A DNA stretch of 62,625 nucleotides, counting the filler. It is 6 parts of 6 records of this genome, joined end to end, with 100 filler letters (N's around TTAATTAATTAA, not from the genome) between each part and the next. Parts side by side here need not be neighbours in the genome. Positions count along the whole stretch, not along the records: positions 1 to 10,483 come from SRR31156797_2712; positions 10,584 to 18,342 come from SRR31156797_2713; 4 more parts are not named here. One strand, given 5' to 3'. This document shows positions 9,235 through 18,162 of the stretch, piece by piece (positions within the stretch are counted from its first letter, which is position 1; each line of letters starts with the position of its first letter). Position numbers and translations under genes: made by a program. The notes beneath the pieces were generated by a model. That model was given only the letters and a program-made list of their open reading frames with translations. It had not been told where the DNA came from and did no database searches.

Positions 9235-10414
9235 ACGATTTAAAATAAACGAGGACAGGTCATTATTCCCTGAGAAAAACGCTGAGGGAAAGATAGACGT
9301 TGACTTAAGTTCACACAAGTATTTGAAACTTTGGCAAGGACCTCAGCACCCCGGTATTACTGGGAATATGTCCCTTGAATTAACTGTTTTGGGAGATGAG
9401 GTTATGGAGTGTGAAACACATGTGGGTTATCTACATCGTGGTTTCGAAAAACTCATGGAACGTCGCAAATACATTCAGTGTTTTCCAATTGTATGCCGTA
9501 TTGCTGTGCCTGAACCGGACTTTAATGAATACTGTTTTGCTTCGGCAATGGAAGAGCTTGCAGGTATTGAAATTCCTGAAATGGCTCAATGGCTGCGAAA
9601 CTTAGTGTTGGAAATGTCGCGATTACAATCATACCTTATGTGGATTGGTGGTCAGTCGGGAGCATTCGGATCTGGTATTATTGGTCAATGGGCCAACTAT
9701 TGTCGTGATTTAGTACTTGACCGCTTTGAGGAGCTTACCGGTGGTCGTATTTATCACATGTATCAGTTACCTGGTGGAGTCCGTGGTTTGTTGCCTGACG
9801 GATTTGAGCAAAGAATGGAAGAAACACTTCAAACCATAGAGAAGTTTATGGCTGATATTGAAAAGGTAATGTTCAATAATGCCATTTTTAAGAAACGTTC
9901 TGTAGGAATGGGATATATTGATCCGGCATGGATTACTAAATTTGGTATAACAGGGCCAAACGCAAGGGCAGCGGGAGTTGCATTGGATGTGAGAAAAGAT
10001 TACCCTTATTTGAAATATAATGAACTGGATTTTGAACCAATAGTTGGTAAAGATTCAGATATTTATACAAGAGCAGATGTGCGTCGTCGTGACTTGCTTT
10101 TAAGTATTGATCTTATCAGACAAATTTTCGCGAAGATGCCTAAGAAGGGTGAGTTTAGAGCAGAAACACCCAACGTATTGCACTGGAAAGTGCCTGCAGG
10201 TGAGACTTATAAACGCTCGGAATGTACACGTGGAGAATATGGTTATTATATGGTTTCTGATGGTTCAGGATATCCACGTAGAGTAAATGTAAGAGGACCA
10301 AGTTATACGCATGCTATCGCCTTGCTAGAGAAAATGATTGTGAATACAAACATTGCAGATGTCGCAGGTTTAATGGTATCGCTACACACTTATCCGCCGG
10401 AAATTGAAAGATAA
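9224..10414 (+). CDS. NuoD/MbxL-like large subunit without NiFe ligands
   Basis: GPQHPG...GYLHRGFEKLME, ELTGGR, TGPNARAAGVALDVRKDYPY, RGEYG, RGPS; C-terminus SLHTYPPEIER. Confidence 0.9.
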   Translation: MKNRRFKINEDRSLFPEKNAEGKIDVDLSSHKYLKLWQGPQHPGITGNMSLELTVLGDEVMECETHVGYLHRGFEKLMERRKYIQCFPIVCRIAVPEPDFNEYCFASAMEELAGIEIPEMAQWLRNLVLEMSRLQSYLMWIGGQSGAFGSGIIGQWANYCRDLVLDRFEELTGGRIYHMYQLPGGVRGLLPDGFEQRMEETLQTIEKFMADIEKVMFNNAIFKKRSVGMGYIDPAWITKFGITGPNARAAGVALDVRKDYPYLKYNELDFEPIVGKDSDIYTRADVRRRDLLLSIDLIRQIFAKMPKKGEFRAETPNVLHWKVPAGETYKRSECTRGEYGYYMVSDGSGYPRRVNVRGPSYTHAIALLEKMIVNTNIADVAGLMVSLHTYPPEIER

Positions 10415-10418
10415 AATG

Positions 10419-10483
10419 GTTTCATGTTCCATGTTTCAGGTTTCAAGTTCTAGAACCTGAAACTTGAAACCTGAAACTTGAAA
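10419..10483. repeat. Empty heptamer-repeat hairpin (GTTTCAN x4 / NTGAAAC x4)
   Basis: gtttcat gttccat gtttcag gtttcaa gttc|ta|gaac ctgaaac ttgaaac ctgaaac ttgaaa; starts 4 nt after the stop codon; contig ends inside it. Confidence 0.9.
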
Positions 10484-10583
10484 NNNNNNNNNNNNNNNNN
10501 NNNNNNNNNNNNNNNNNNNNNNNNNNNTTAATTAATTAANNNNNNNNNNNNNNNNNNNNNNNNNNNNNNNNNNNNNNNNNNNN
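10484..10583. other. Artificial contig-joining spacer
   Basis: N-run + TTAATTAATTAA (stops in all frames) + N-run, 100 nt. Confidence 0.97.
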
Positions 10584-10584
10584 A

Positions 10585-11187
10585 AAAAAAGACAATACCG
10601 AAGAAAAAATCCTTAATGCAGCACAATCCGTTTTTATACGTAAAGGAATGGACGGTGCACGCATGCAGGAAATAGCGGATGAAGCAGGTATTAACAAAGC
10701 ACTTTTACACTATTATTTTCGCTCAAAACAAAAATTATTTGAAGCGATTTTCACCATGCTTTTCAAACAAATTTTCCCGAATGTAAAAGCCATCATGCTT
10801 TCTGAAATCCCTTTGGAGAAGAAAATTGAAACTTTCGTTGAGAAATACATCGATTTACTCCTGAAAAATCCCTTCCTCCCGGCTTTTGTTTTAAAAGAAA
10901 TAAACAGAGATTCAAGCTTTTTTGCCACACTTTTTAAAAGCAATAAAATCGATATTGAACCCGTATTTGAAATGCTTCGGATAGAAATGGAAACCGGAAA
11001 GGTCAGAAAAATGGATCCACGCGAGATTATTATGAATATGATTGCACTTTGTATTTTCCCATTTGCTGCTAAGCCTCTTTTAAAAATCATGCTTTTTAAT
11101 GATGATAAAGAAGCATACCATGCTTTTTTAAGTGAAAGAAAAAAGACAGTTACACAATTTATTCTCAATTCAATTTTATTAAAATGA
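10585..11187 (+). CDS. TetR/AcrR family regulator (5' end cut by contig edge)
   Basis: Frame is open to the contig start: TEEKILNAAQSVFIRKGMDGARMQEIADEAGINKALLHYYFRSK. Confidence 0.92.
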   Translation, partial: KKDNTEEKILNAAQSVFIRKGMDGARMQEIADEAGINKALLHYYFRSKQKLFEAIFTMLFKQIFPNVKAIMLSEIPLEKKIETFVEKYIDLLLKNPFLPAFVLKEINRDSSFFATLFKSNKIDIEPVFEMLRIEMETGKVRKMDPREIIMNMIALCIFPFAAKPLLKIMLFNDDKEAYHAFLSERKKTVTQFILNSILLK

Positions 11188-11317
11188 AACGAACATGAAC
11201 TTATTCAATCATAACTACACAAATAAAATGATTTAAAAAGTTTATGCGAGAGCGGAGCGCTTACATCCGTTCTCAAATTTTAAAGTAAATAGTTAACAAC
11301 TTGAAAATTTAAAACGG

Positions 11318-12586
11318 ATGAAAAAACTGCTCATACTCCTGATCTTACCTGTACAAATAGCTTTCGGCCAAGCGGAAGTACAATTGGATAGCTGCTATGT
11401 TTGGGCCAGGCACCATTATCCCAACCTTAGAAACTCCGAATTATGGCAAGAAATAACCTCCTTGCAGCAGGCCAACCACGAAACAAACTACCTTCCTCAA
11501 CTGGCATTAAAAGGCCAGGCAACCTACCAAAGTGATGTTACAGAAGTACCAACCATTTTGCCCAATGTTAGTATTCCCACTTTGTCGAAAGACCAATACA
11601 AAGCCTACGCCGAATTGCAACAAACCATTTGGGATGGAGGAGTTACAAAAGCCAGCAAAGAGCTGGAAAATGCAATTTTAGAAAGCAACCTGAGCCAATT
11701 GGAAGTCGAGCTTTATCAGCTTAACGAAAAGGTTGCACAAGCTTTTTTCACGGGGTTGGTTGTCGATCAGCAAAGGGAAGTTATTAAAGCCCAACTGAAA
11801 ACATTGGATGTACAGTTAAAACAAGTGAATTCGGCAGTAATAAACGGGGCAATGGAGAGATCGTCGCTGTTAGTTCTAAAGGCCGAAAGATTAAACTTCG
11901 AACAAAATCTTATTGAACTGAAAACGGCAAAAAGGGCAAGCATTCAGGTTTTAAGCATTTTTACAGGAAAAGCCATTTCCGAGCAATCGGAACTTTCGTA
12001 TAACCGGATTAATACCAACTACAATTCCAACTTTCTTCGTCCTGAGTTACAACTGTACGCTCTTCAAAAAAATCAACTCAATACACAAATAAACCTATTG
12101 GATAAAACCCGTAATCCAAAACTTTATGGATTTGGGCAGCTGGGATATGGAAGGCCTGGACTAAACATGTTGCTCGATGAATTTAAAGGCTACTATTTAT
12201 TGGGCATTGGCGTGTCGTGGAAAGCTTTTGACTGGAAAAACACTGCGCGCCAAAAGGAAATACTTCAGGTACAACAAAAAATGCTTCAAAACCAGGAAAA
12301 CACTTTTATTCAAAATCTTGAATTATTATTGGTTCAACAAAAAGAACAAATCAGCAAACTGGAAAAGCTTTTGCAGAACGATGATAAAATCGTTACCCTA
12401 CGTACAGACATCACCAAAGCTACAGCCTCAAAGCTCGAAAACAAAACTATTACAACCTCTGATTACGTTCGCGAATTACAGGCCGAAACAGTTGCCAGAA
12501 TTAATCTCGAACTGCATAAAATACAACTCAATGAAGCACTGGAAAAGTATAACCTGATAAAAGGAAAAACGAGTGTGTCAAGGTAG
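11318..12586 (+). CDS. TolC family outer membrane protein
   Basis: Signal peptide, YLPQLALKGQATYQSDV, QTIWDGG, LGYGRPGLNM; sits in an efflux operon. Confidence 0.85.
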   Translation: MKKLLILLILPVQIAFGQAEVQLDSCYVWARHHYPNLRNSELWQEITSLQQANHETNYLPQLALKGQATYQSDVTEVPTILPNVSIPTLSKDQYKAYAELQQTIWDGGVTKASKELENAILESNLSQLEVELYQLNEKVAQAFFTGLVVDQQREVIKAQLKTLDVQLKQVNSAVINGAMERSSLLVLKAERLNFEQNLIELKTAKRASIQVLSIFTGKAISEQSELSYNRINTNYNSNFLRPELQLYALQKNQLNTQINLLDKTRNPKLYGFGQLGYGRPGLNMLLDEFKGYYLLGIGVSWKAFDWKNTARQKEILQVQQKMLQNQENTFIQNLELLLVQQKEQISKLEKLLQNDDKIVTLRTDITKATASKLENKTITTSDYVRELQAETVARINLELHKIQLNEALEKYNLIKGKTSVSR

Positions 12587-12635
12587 CTTTTTTAATAGAA
12601 TAATAACAACTTGTAAACCGGTAAAAAACAATATC

Positions 12636-13538
12636 ATGAAATACAATCGACTAATTTTCGCATTCGACAATGCACTTCTTCTAACGTTTGCCATATTTCT
12701 CTTTGCCTGCAAGAACAATAACGATACTTCAGATGCCTACGGTAATTTTGAAGCTGAATCAGTAATTGTATCTGCAGAAAATGCTGGCAAGATTCTGAAG
12801 CTGAACATTGAAAAAGGCCAGCAAATTCAAAAAGATTATGTTGCAGCTGTAGTTGATACGGTTCAGCTTCATTTACAACGATTACAAATTGATGCCCAAA
12901 AATCTTCGGTTTTGGCAAAAAAACAATCCATACAAGCTCAGGTCGATGTTTTAGAAGAACAGAAAAAAACACTGGCGATTAACGAAGTCCGAATAAAAAA
13001 AATGCAAAAGGATGGAGCAGCCACTCAAAAACAATTGGACGATATTCAGGGGCAAATCAATGTTATCGACAAACAAATTGCAAATACCAAAACCCAGTTT
13101 GTGTTGATTGCCAAAGAATACGAAGTACTGGATGCCCAGGCCGGTAGTATTACAGACCAACTAAATCGATGCTCAGTTAAGTCACCAATATCGGGTACAA
13201 TTTTAGAGACCTATGCAGAACAAGGTGAATTAACGGCCGCTGGCAAACCGCTTTTCAAAGTGGCAGACCTAAGTCAAATGGAACTTAAGGTTTATGTCAG
13301 CGGGTCGCAATTACCACAATTACAAATCGGGCAAAAGGTTGATATTCACATTGATAAAAACGAAAGCGAAAATCAGACATTACAAGGTAGGATCACATGG
13401 ATCTCAACGGAAGCAGAATTCACGCCGAAGATTATTCAAACCAAAGAAGAACGTGTAAAACTGGTTTATGCCGTAAAAGTGGCAGTGGCTAATGATGGCA
13501 AGCTAAAGATTGGTATGCCGGGAGAAATCAGTTGGTAG
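12636..13538 (+). CDS. HlyD family periplasmic adaptor (YbhG-like)
   Basis: Lipobox LFAC, YGNFEA, coiled coil, SPISGTIL, EAEFTPKIIQTKEERVKLVYAVK. Confidence 0.9.
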   Translation: MKYNRLIFAFDNALLLTFAIFLFACKNNNDTSDAYGNFEAESVIVSAENAGKILKLNIEKGQQIQKDYVAAVVDTVQLHLQRLQIDAQKSSVLAKKQSIQAQVDVLEEQKKTLAINEVRIKKMQKDGAATQKQLDDIQGQINVIDKQIANTKTQFVLIAKEYEVLDAQAGSITDQLNRCSVKSPISGTILETYAEQGELTAAGKPLFKVADLSQMELKVYVSGSQLPQLQIGQKVDIHIDKNESENQTLQGRITWISTEAEFTPKIIQTKEERVKLVYAVKVAVANDGKLKIGMPGEISW

Positions 13539-13552
13539 TGATCACTTTAATC

Positions 13553-14455
13553 ATGATAGAGATAAATAAAATATCAAAGTCGTACAATGAAACGGTAGCA
13601 TTGGCCGACATCAGTCTGAAGATAAACAAAGGGGAGTTGTTTGGGCTGATCGGACCCGACGGGGCAGGTAAAACTACTCTGATGCGAATCCTGATGACAC
13701 TGTTACTTCCCGATTCCGGAGAGGCCAAAATGGATGAGATGGATGTGGTGACGCATTTCAAAACAATCCGAAACATTGTGGGCTATATGCCCGGACGCTT
13801 TTCGCTCTACCAGGATCTTACGGTTGAAGAAAACCTCAACTTTTTTGCTACGGTGTTTGGAACCACAGTTGAAGAAAATTACGACTTAATTCGCGATATC
13901 TATTACCAGATTGAACCGTTTAAAATGCGCCGGGCAGGAAAACTCTCGGGCGGGATGAAACAAAAACTGGCTTTATCGTGCGCATTAATCCACAAACCAA
14001 AGGTGTTGGTATTGGACGAACCCACAACCGGGGTTGATGCGGTCTCGAGAAAAGAATTTTGGGAGATGCTAAAAGACCTGCAAAAAAAGGAAATTACTAT
14101 TATGGTATCTACACCATACATGGATGAAGCAGATTTATGCGACCGGGTGGCACTGATACAAAACGGTGAAATTCTGGATATTGACACTCCAAAGGGAATT
14201 ACCCAAAAATTCACCAAAAAGATCTTTCAGGTACATGCCCGAAATATGTACAAACTAATTAAAGACTTACGTGCATACAAAAGGACAGAATCTGTTTTTG
14301 CCTTTGGACAGTTTGCCCATTTTACCGGGGTAAACAACCAGGTAAATACCAACGAACTCAATCAGTACCTTCAGGTGCTGGGACACGAAGATGTATGGGT
14401 TGAAGAAATCGCGGCAGGAATTGAGGATGTGTTTATGCATAAGATGAAGGACTAG
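13553..14455 (+). CDS. ABC transporter ATP-binding protein
   Basis: Walker A GPDGAGKTT, signature LSGGMKQK, Walker B LDEPTTGVD. Confidence 0.95.
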   Translation: MIEINKISKSYNETVALADISLKINKGELFGLIGPDGAGKTTLMRILMTLLLPDSGEAKMDEMDVVTHFKTIRNIVGYMPGRFSLYQDLTVEENLNFFATVFGTTVEENYDLIRDIYYQIEPFKMRRAGKLSGGMKQKLALSCALIHKPKVLVLDEPTTGVDAVSRKEFWEMLKDLQKKEITIMVSTPYMDEADLCDRVALIQNGEILDIDTPKGITQKFTKKIFQVHARNMYKLIKDLRAYKRTESVFAFGQFAHFTGVNNQVNTNELNQYLQVLGHEDVWVEEIAAGIEDVFMHKMKD

Positions 14456-14522
14456 CTAAAAGATACCAGCCACAAGCTTCAAGCTTATTAAAACTTGGGA
14501 TTTGCTGCTTACAACTTGTAGC
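14454..14522. repeat. Degenerate empty heptamer-repeat hairpin
   Basis: agctaaa agatacc agccaca agcttca agctt ... acttggg atttgct gcttaca acttgta gc; overlaps the TAG stop. Confidence 0.7.
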
Positions 14523-14535
14523 CAAAATAAACAAA

Positions 14536-15255
14536 ATGGAAAACATAATTACAACCAATAAGCTCACCAAAAAATTCGGCAGCTTCAAAGCAAACGACAA
14601 CCTGACTTTTGAAGTTAAAAAGGGAGAAATATTTGGTTTTCTGGGTGCAAACGGTGCCGGAAAAACTACAGCCATACGTATTTTATGCGGACTCTCTGCT
14701 CCAACCTCGGGAGAAGTAAAGGTGGCCGGTTTTGATATTTACCGTGAAACCGAAAAGATTAAAAAGAACATCGGTTACATGAGTCAGAAGTTTTCGTTGT
14801 ACGAAGATTTAACCGTTTCGGAAAACATTCAACTTTATGCTGGTATTTATGGTATTCCAACTAAAAAACGAAAAGCAAAGGAAGCTGAACTGCTAAAAAA
14901 ACTGGAACTTGAAACCGTTAAAAATAAACTGATTGGCGACCTGCCTCTTGGCTGGAAACAAAAGCTAGCCTTTTCGGTGGCTATTTTTCACGAACCTAAA
15001 ATTGTTTTTCTCGACGAACCAACAGGAGGAGTCGATCCGGTTACCCGACGTAAATTCTGGGATTTGATTTACGAAGCAGCCAACAATGGAATAACCGTTT
15101 TTGTAACCACCCATTACATGGACGAAGCCGAATATTGTAACCGCGTTTCGATTATGGATGCAGGAAAAATTGAAGCACTTGATACCCCTGCCAAATTAAA
15201 AGAAAAGTACAACGCCAAAAATATGGACGAGGTGTTTTTGAAGATTGCGAGATAG
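14536..15255 (+). CDS. ABC transporter ATP-binding protein
   Basis: GANGAGKTT, LPLGWKQK, LDEPTGGVD, THYMDEAE. Confidence 0.95.
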   Translation: MENIITTNKLTKKFGSFKANDNLTFEVKKGEIFGFLGANGAGKTTAIRILCGLSAPTSGEVKVAGFDIYRETEKIKKNIGYMSQKFSLYEDLTVSENIQLYAGIYGIPTKKRKAKEAELLKKLELETVKNKLIGDLPLGWKQKLAFSVAIFHEPKIVFLDEPTGGVDPVTRRKFWDLIYEAANNGITVFVTTHYMDEAEYCNRVSIMDAGKIEALDTPAKLKEKYNAKNMDEVFLKIAR

Positions 15256-15320
15256 GCAAGCCACAAGCTTCACGCCACAAGCTACAAGAAAGAACAACTT
15301 GAAGCTTGCAGCTTGAAGCT
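15255..15320. repeat. Empty heptamer-repeat hairpin
   Basis: ggcaagc cacaagc ttcacgc cacaagc tacaag, loop aaagaacaa, cttgaa gcttgca gcttgaa gct; starts at the TAG stop. Confidence 0.85.
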
Positions 15321-15333
15321 AAAAAAACAAATA

Positions 15334-16440
15334 ATGAAACAACTAATATCATTTATAAAAAAGGAATTCTTCCACATTTTTCGCGACCCGAGAACGGTGT
15401 TGATTTTGTTTGGAATTCCAATCATTCAGCTGTTGGTTTTTGGTACGGTTATCAAAAGCGAAATCAAAGACCTGCACATTGCTGTTTACGACCAGTCGAA
15501 AGATGAAACCACCCAGCAAGTAATCAACAAGTTATTGTCATCGGGTTATTTTATTCTCGATAAAAACCTGAACAGCCTTGATGAAGTAGAAGCTATTTTC
15601 AGAAAAGGAAAAGTAAAGGAGGTGGTTGTTTTTGAAAATAACTTTGGTAAAAACCTAAGGCGCGAAGGCACTGCAAATCTGCAGCTTATTGCCGATGCAT
15701 CAGATCCGAATACCGCCAAACTGGCCATTTCGTACACTTCGGCCATCGTTAACGATTACATTCGAAAGGAATTTCCTGAGCTGAAAATGCCCATGCAAAT
15801 TACACCTGAGGTGCGCATGTTTTTTAACGAAGAGATGAAAAGTGCCTATATGTTTGTACCGGGAGTAATGGCACTTATTTTAATGCTAATTTCTGCCATG
15901 ATGACCTCTATTTCCATCACCCGGGAAAAAGAACTGGGCACCATGGAAATTCTGCTTGTTTCGCCACTAAAACCAGCACAAATCATTATCGGGAAAGTAA
16001 TCCCCTACCTCTTTCTTTCCATTGCCAATGCATTTATAATTGTTCTAATGGGCAGGTTTGTTTTTGGCGTCCCGATCACCGGGAGCTTTATTTTGCTCAT
16101 GTTCGAAACCATACTTTTTATTTTGATGGCCTTATGCCTGGGCATACTTATTTCAACAGTAGCAAAAAACCAAATGGTTGCCATGTTCATTTCCATGATC
16201 GGCCTTATGTTACCCACCATTTTGTTATCGGGCTTTATTTTCCCCATCGAAAATATGCCTGTGGCCTTACAAATTCTAAGCAATATTATGCCTGCCAAAT
16301 ACTTTATTATTGTGGTACGCAGCATTATGCTAAAAGGTGTTGGACTACTTTTTATCTGGAAAGAAACCCTTACAATGTTGGGAATGACCTTGTTTTTTAT
16401 TGGAGTTAGTGTGCGGAAGTTTAAGGTGAGGTTGGAGTGA
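15334..16440 (+). CDS. ABC-2 type permease (YbhS-like)
   Basis: KEFFHIFRDPRT, SITREKELGTME.LLVSPL, LLSGFIFPIENMP. Confidence 0.92.
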   Translation: MKQLISFIKKEFFHIFRDPRTVLILFGIPIIQLLVFGTVIKSEIKDLHIAVYDQSKDETTQQVINKLLSSGYFILDKNLNSLDEVEAIFRKGKVKEVVVFENNFGKNLRREGTANLQLIADASDPNTAKLAISYTSAIVNDYIRKEFPELKMPMQITPEVRMFFNEEMKSAYMFVPGVMALILMLISAMMTSISITREKELGTMEILLVSPLKPAQIIIGKVIPYLFLSIANAFIIVLMGRFVFGVPITGSFILLMFETILFILMALCLGILISTVAKNQMVAMFISMIGLMLPTILLSGFIFPIENMPVALQILSNIMPAKYFIIVVRSIMLKGVGLLFIWKETLTMLGMTLFFIGVSVRKFKVRLE

Positions 16441-16443
16441 AAG

Positions 16444-16488
16444 AGCTAGAAGACACAAGCTACAAGCTTCAAGTCTCAAGTCTCAAGT
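16444..16488 (+). repeat. Heptamer tandem array, left arm of four-helix-bundle cassette 2
   Basis: agctaga agacaca agctaca agcttca agtctca agtctca agt, 3 nt after the TGA stop. Confidence 0.9.
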
Positions 16489-16572
16489 ACAGTTAGTATA
16501 TGTTGAACTTTAAGTGAAAATAATTTTAGAAGTGATACTAAAAAAATCAAATAAGACTCAAAAACAAACGCT

Positions 16573-16926
16573 ATGAAAGACTTTAAAAACTTAAAAGTAT
16601 GGCAAAAGGGAATTCAATTGGTTCTTGACATCTACAAATCATCCAAAGAATTCCCAAAAGAAGAGTTGTATGGACTTACTAGCCAGATGAGACGTTCTGC
16701 AGTTTCCATTCCATCTAATATTGCTGAAGGTTCGGGTAGAAACTCAGATAACGAATTTAATCGTTTTTTGGATATTTCACTTGGCTCTTCATTCGAATTG
16801 GAAACACAAATCATAATCGCTCATGAGTTAGAATTATTGTCTGACAATGATTTCAATTGCCTTAACAACAAGGTGAAAGAAGTACAAAAAATGATTACTG
16901 GTCTGCAAAAAAGTATACGAAAATAG
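16573..16926 (+). CDS. Four helix bundle protein (23S rRNA IVP / Avd-like family)
   Basis: FKNLKVWQK...FPKEELYGLTSQMRRSAVSIPSNIAEGSGR...FLDISLGSSFELETQ. Confidence 0.95.
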   Translation: MKDFKNLKVWQKGIQLVLDIYKSSKEFPKEELYGLTSQMRRSAVSIPSNIAEGSGRNSDNEFNRFLDISLGSSFELETQIIIAHELELLSDNDFNCLNNKVKEVQKMITGLQKSIRK

Positions 16927-16967
16927 ATCGCTTAAACATTGTGCAATAAATATCTTTAAAGCAATTC

Positions 16968-16992
16968 ACTTGAAGCTTGTAGCTTGAAGCTT
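16968..16992 (-). repeat. Heptamer array, inverted right arm of cassette 2
   Basis: acttgaa gcttgta gcttgaa gctt; 16968-16986 is the exact reverse complement of 16456-16474. Confidence 0.9.
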
Positions 16993-17009
16993 ACCAGTAA
17001 CTCTAATAA

Positions 17010-18128
17010 ATGAAAACAATTCTCTACATCCTACAAAAAGAATTCCGGCAAATATTCCGGAACCGAACCATGTTACCCATGATTTTTGGGGTACCCATAT
17101 TACAAATGCTATTGCTGGTATTTGCAGCTACCTACGACATGAAACGTATTGATTTAATGGTGGTCGATAATGATATGTCGGCAACAACACGCGAGCTGAT
17201 TGCTAAATTCGATGGCATTCCTTTTTTTCATGTAAAAAAGCAAGCTTTGTCGGCGCAAATGGCCGAGCAGAACTTATTAAATGACAAAGCCGATGCCATT
17301 TTGGTATTGCCCAATAACTTCGAGCGCGACCTTATTCGCGATGATAAAAACACGGTACAACTGCTGGTAAACGCCATTGAGAGCAACTCTGCCCAGCTAA
17401 TTTATGGTTACGCTGCCAATGTAATTGCCGACCACAACAAAAATATTATTGCCGAATGGAAAGCCATTCCGGAATTTACCCCACCGGTACAAATAGCTAT
17501 TACCGAAAACTACTGGTACAATCCCGAGCTCGACTACAAATGGTTTATGGCTCCCGGTATTTTAGCTGTTTTGGTTACCCTGATAGGCATGTTTTTATCG
17601 GGAATGAACCTGGTGCGCGAAAAGGAGATTGGCACCATTGAACAGATAAATGTTACACCGGTAAAAAAATATCAGTTTATAATTGGCAAATTGGTGCCCT
17701 TTTGGGTAATCGGCCTGTTCGACCTGGCATTTGGACTGGCCATTGCCTGGATCGTTTTCGATTTGCCTATTGTTGGCAGCCTCTTCACTTTGTTTTTTAT
17801 GGCAGGCATATACCTCATTGGAGTGCTGGGGCTGGGCATGTTTATTTCAACGGTTAGCGAAACCCAGCAACAGGTTATGTTCGTCAGCTTTTTCTTTTTA
17901 ATGATTTTTATTTTGATGGGCGGTATTTTTACGCCAGTTGAAAGTATGCCCGACTGGGCACAAACCCTCGACCGCCTAAATCCTATTTATTATTTTATGC
18001 GAATTATGCGTATGGTAGTGCTTAAAGGCTCCGGCTTTTTTGATTTGCTGGAAGAACTGGTTTCACTATTAATTTTAGGCACCACATTTTTAAGTTTGGC
18101 CATTTGGAGGTACCGGAAGACGGCTTGA
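17010..18128 (+). CDS. ABC-2 type permease (YbhR-like)
   Basis: KEFRQIFRN, WYNPELDY, VREKEIGTIEQINVTPV, GGIFTPVESMP. Confidence 0.92.
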   Translation: MKTILYILQKEFRQIFRNRTMLPMIFGVPILQMLLLVFAATYDMKRIDLMVVDNDMSATTRELIAKFDGIPFFHVKKQALSAQMAEQNLLNDKADAILVLPNNFERDLIRDDKNTVQLLVNAIESNSAQLIYGYAANVIADHNKNIIAEWKAIPEFTPPVQIAITENYWYNPELDYKWFMAPGILAVLVTLIGMFLSGMNLVREKEIGTIEQINVTPVKKYQFIIGKLVPFWVIGLFDLAFGLAIAWIVFDLPIVGSLFTLFFMAGIYLIGVLGLGMFISTVSETQQQVMFVSFFFLMIFILMGGIFTPVESMPDWAQTLDRLNPIYYFMRIMRMVVLKGSGFFDLLEELVSLLILGTTFLSLAIWRYRKTA

Positions 18129-18162
18129 TGCTTTCGTAGTCTTCAGTCGCAGTTTTATTGCT

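Noticed and set aside
7444-10414. NiFe hydrogenase or canonical NADH dehydrogenase I
   Set aside because: No CxxC NiFe motifs, no quinone-site His/Tyr, no NuoA or NuoEFG, and Mrp subunits are present
10484-10583. Recurrent TTAATTAATTAA palindrome within N-runs (five copies)
   Set aside because: Artificial contig linker; gene adjacency across these spacers has no biological meaning
8171-16926. Diversity-generating retroelement suggested by the Avd-like four-helix-bundle genes
   Set aside because: No reverse transcriptase and no template/variable repeat pair is visible on either contig
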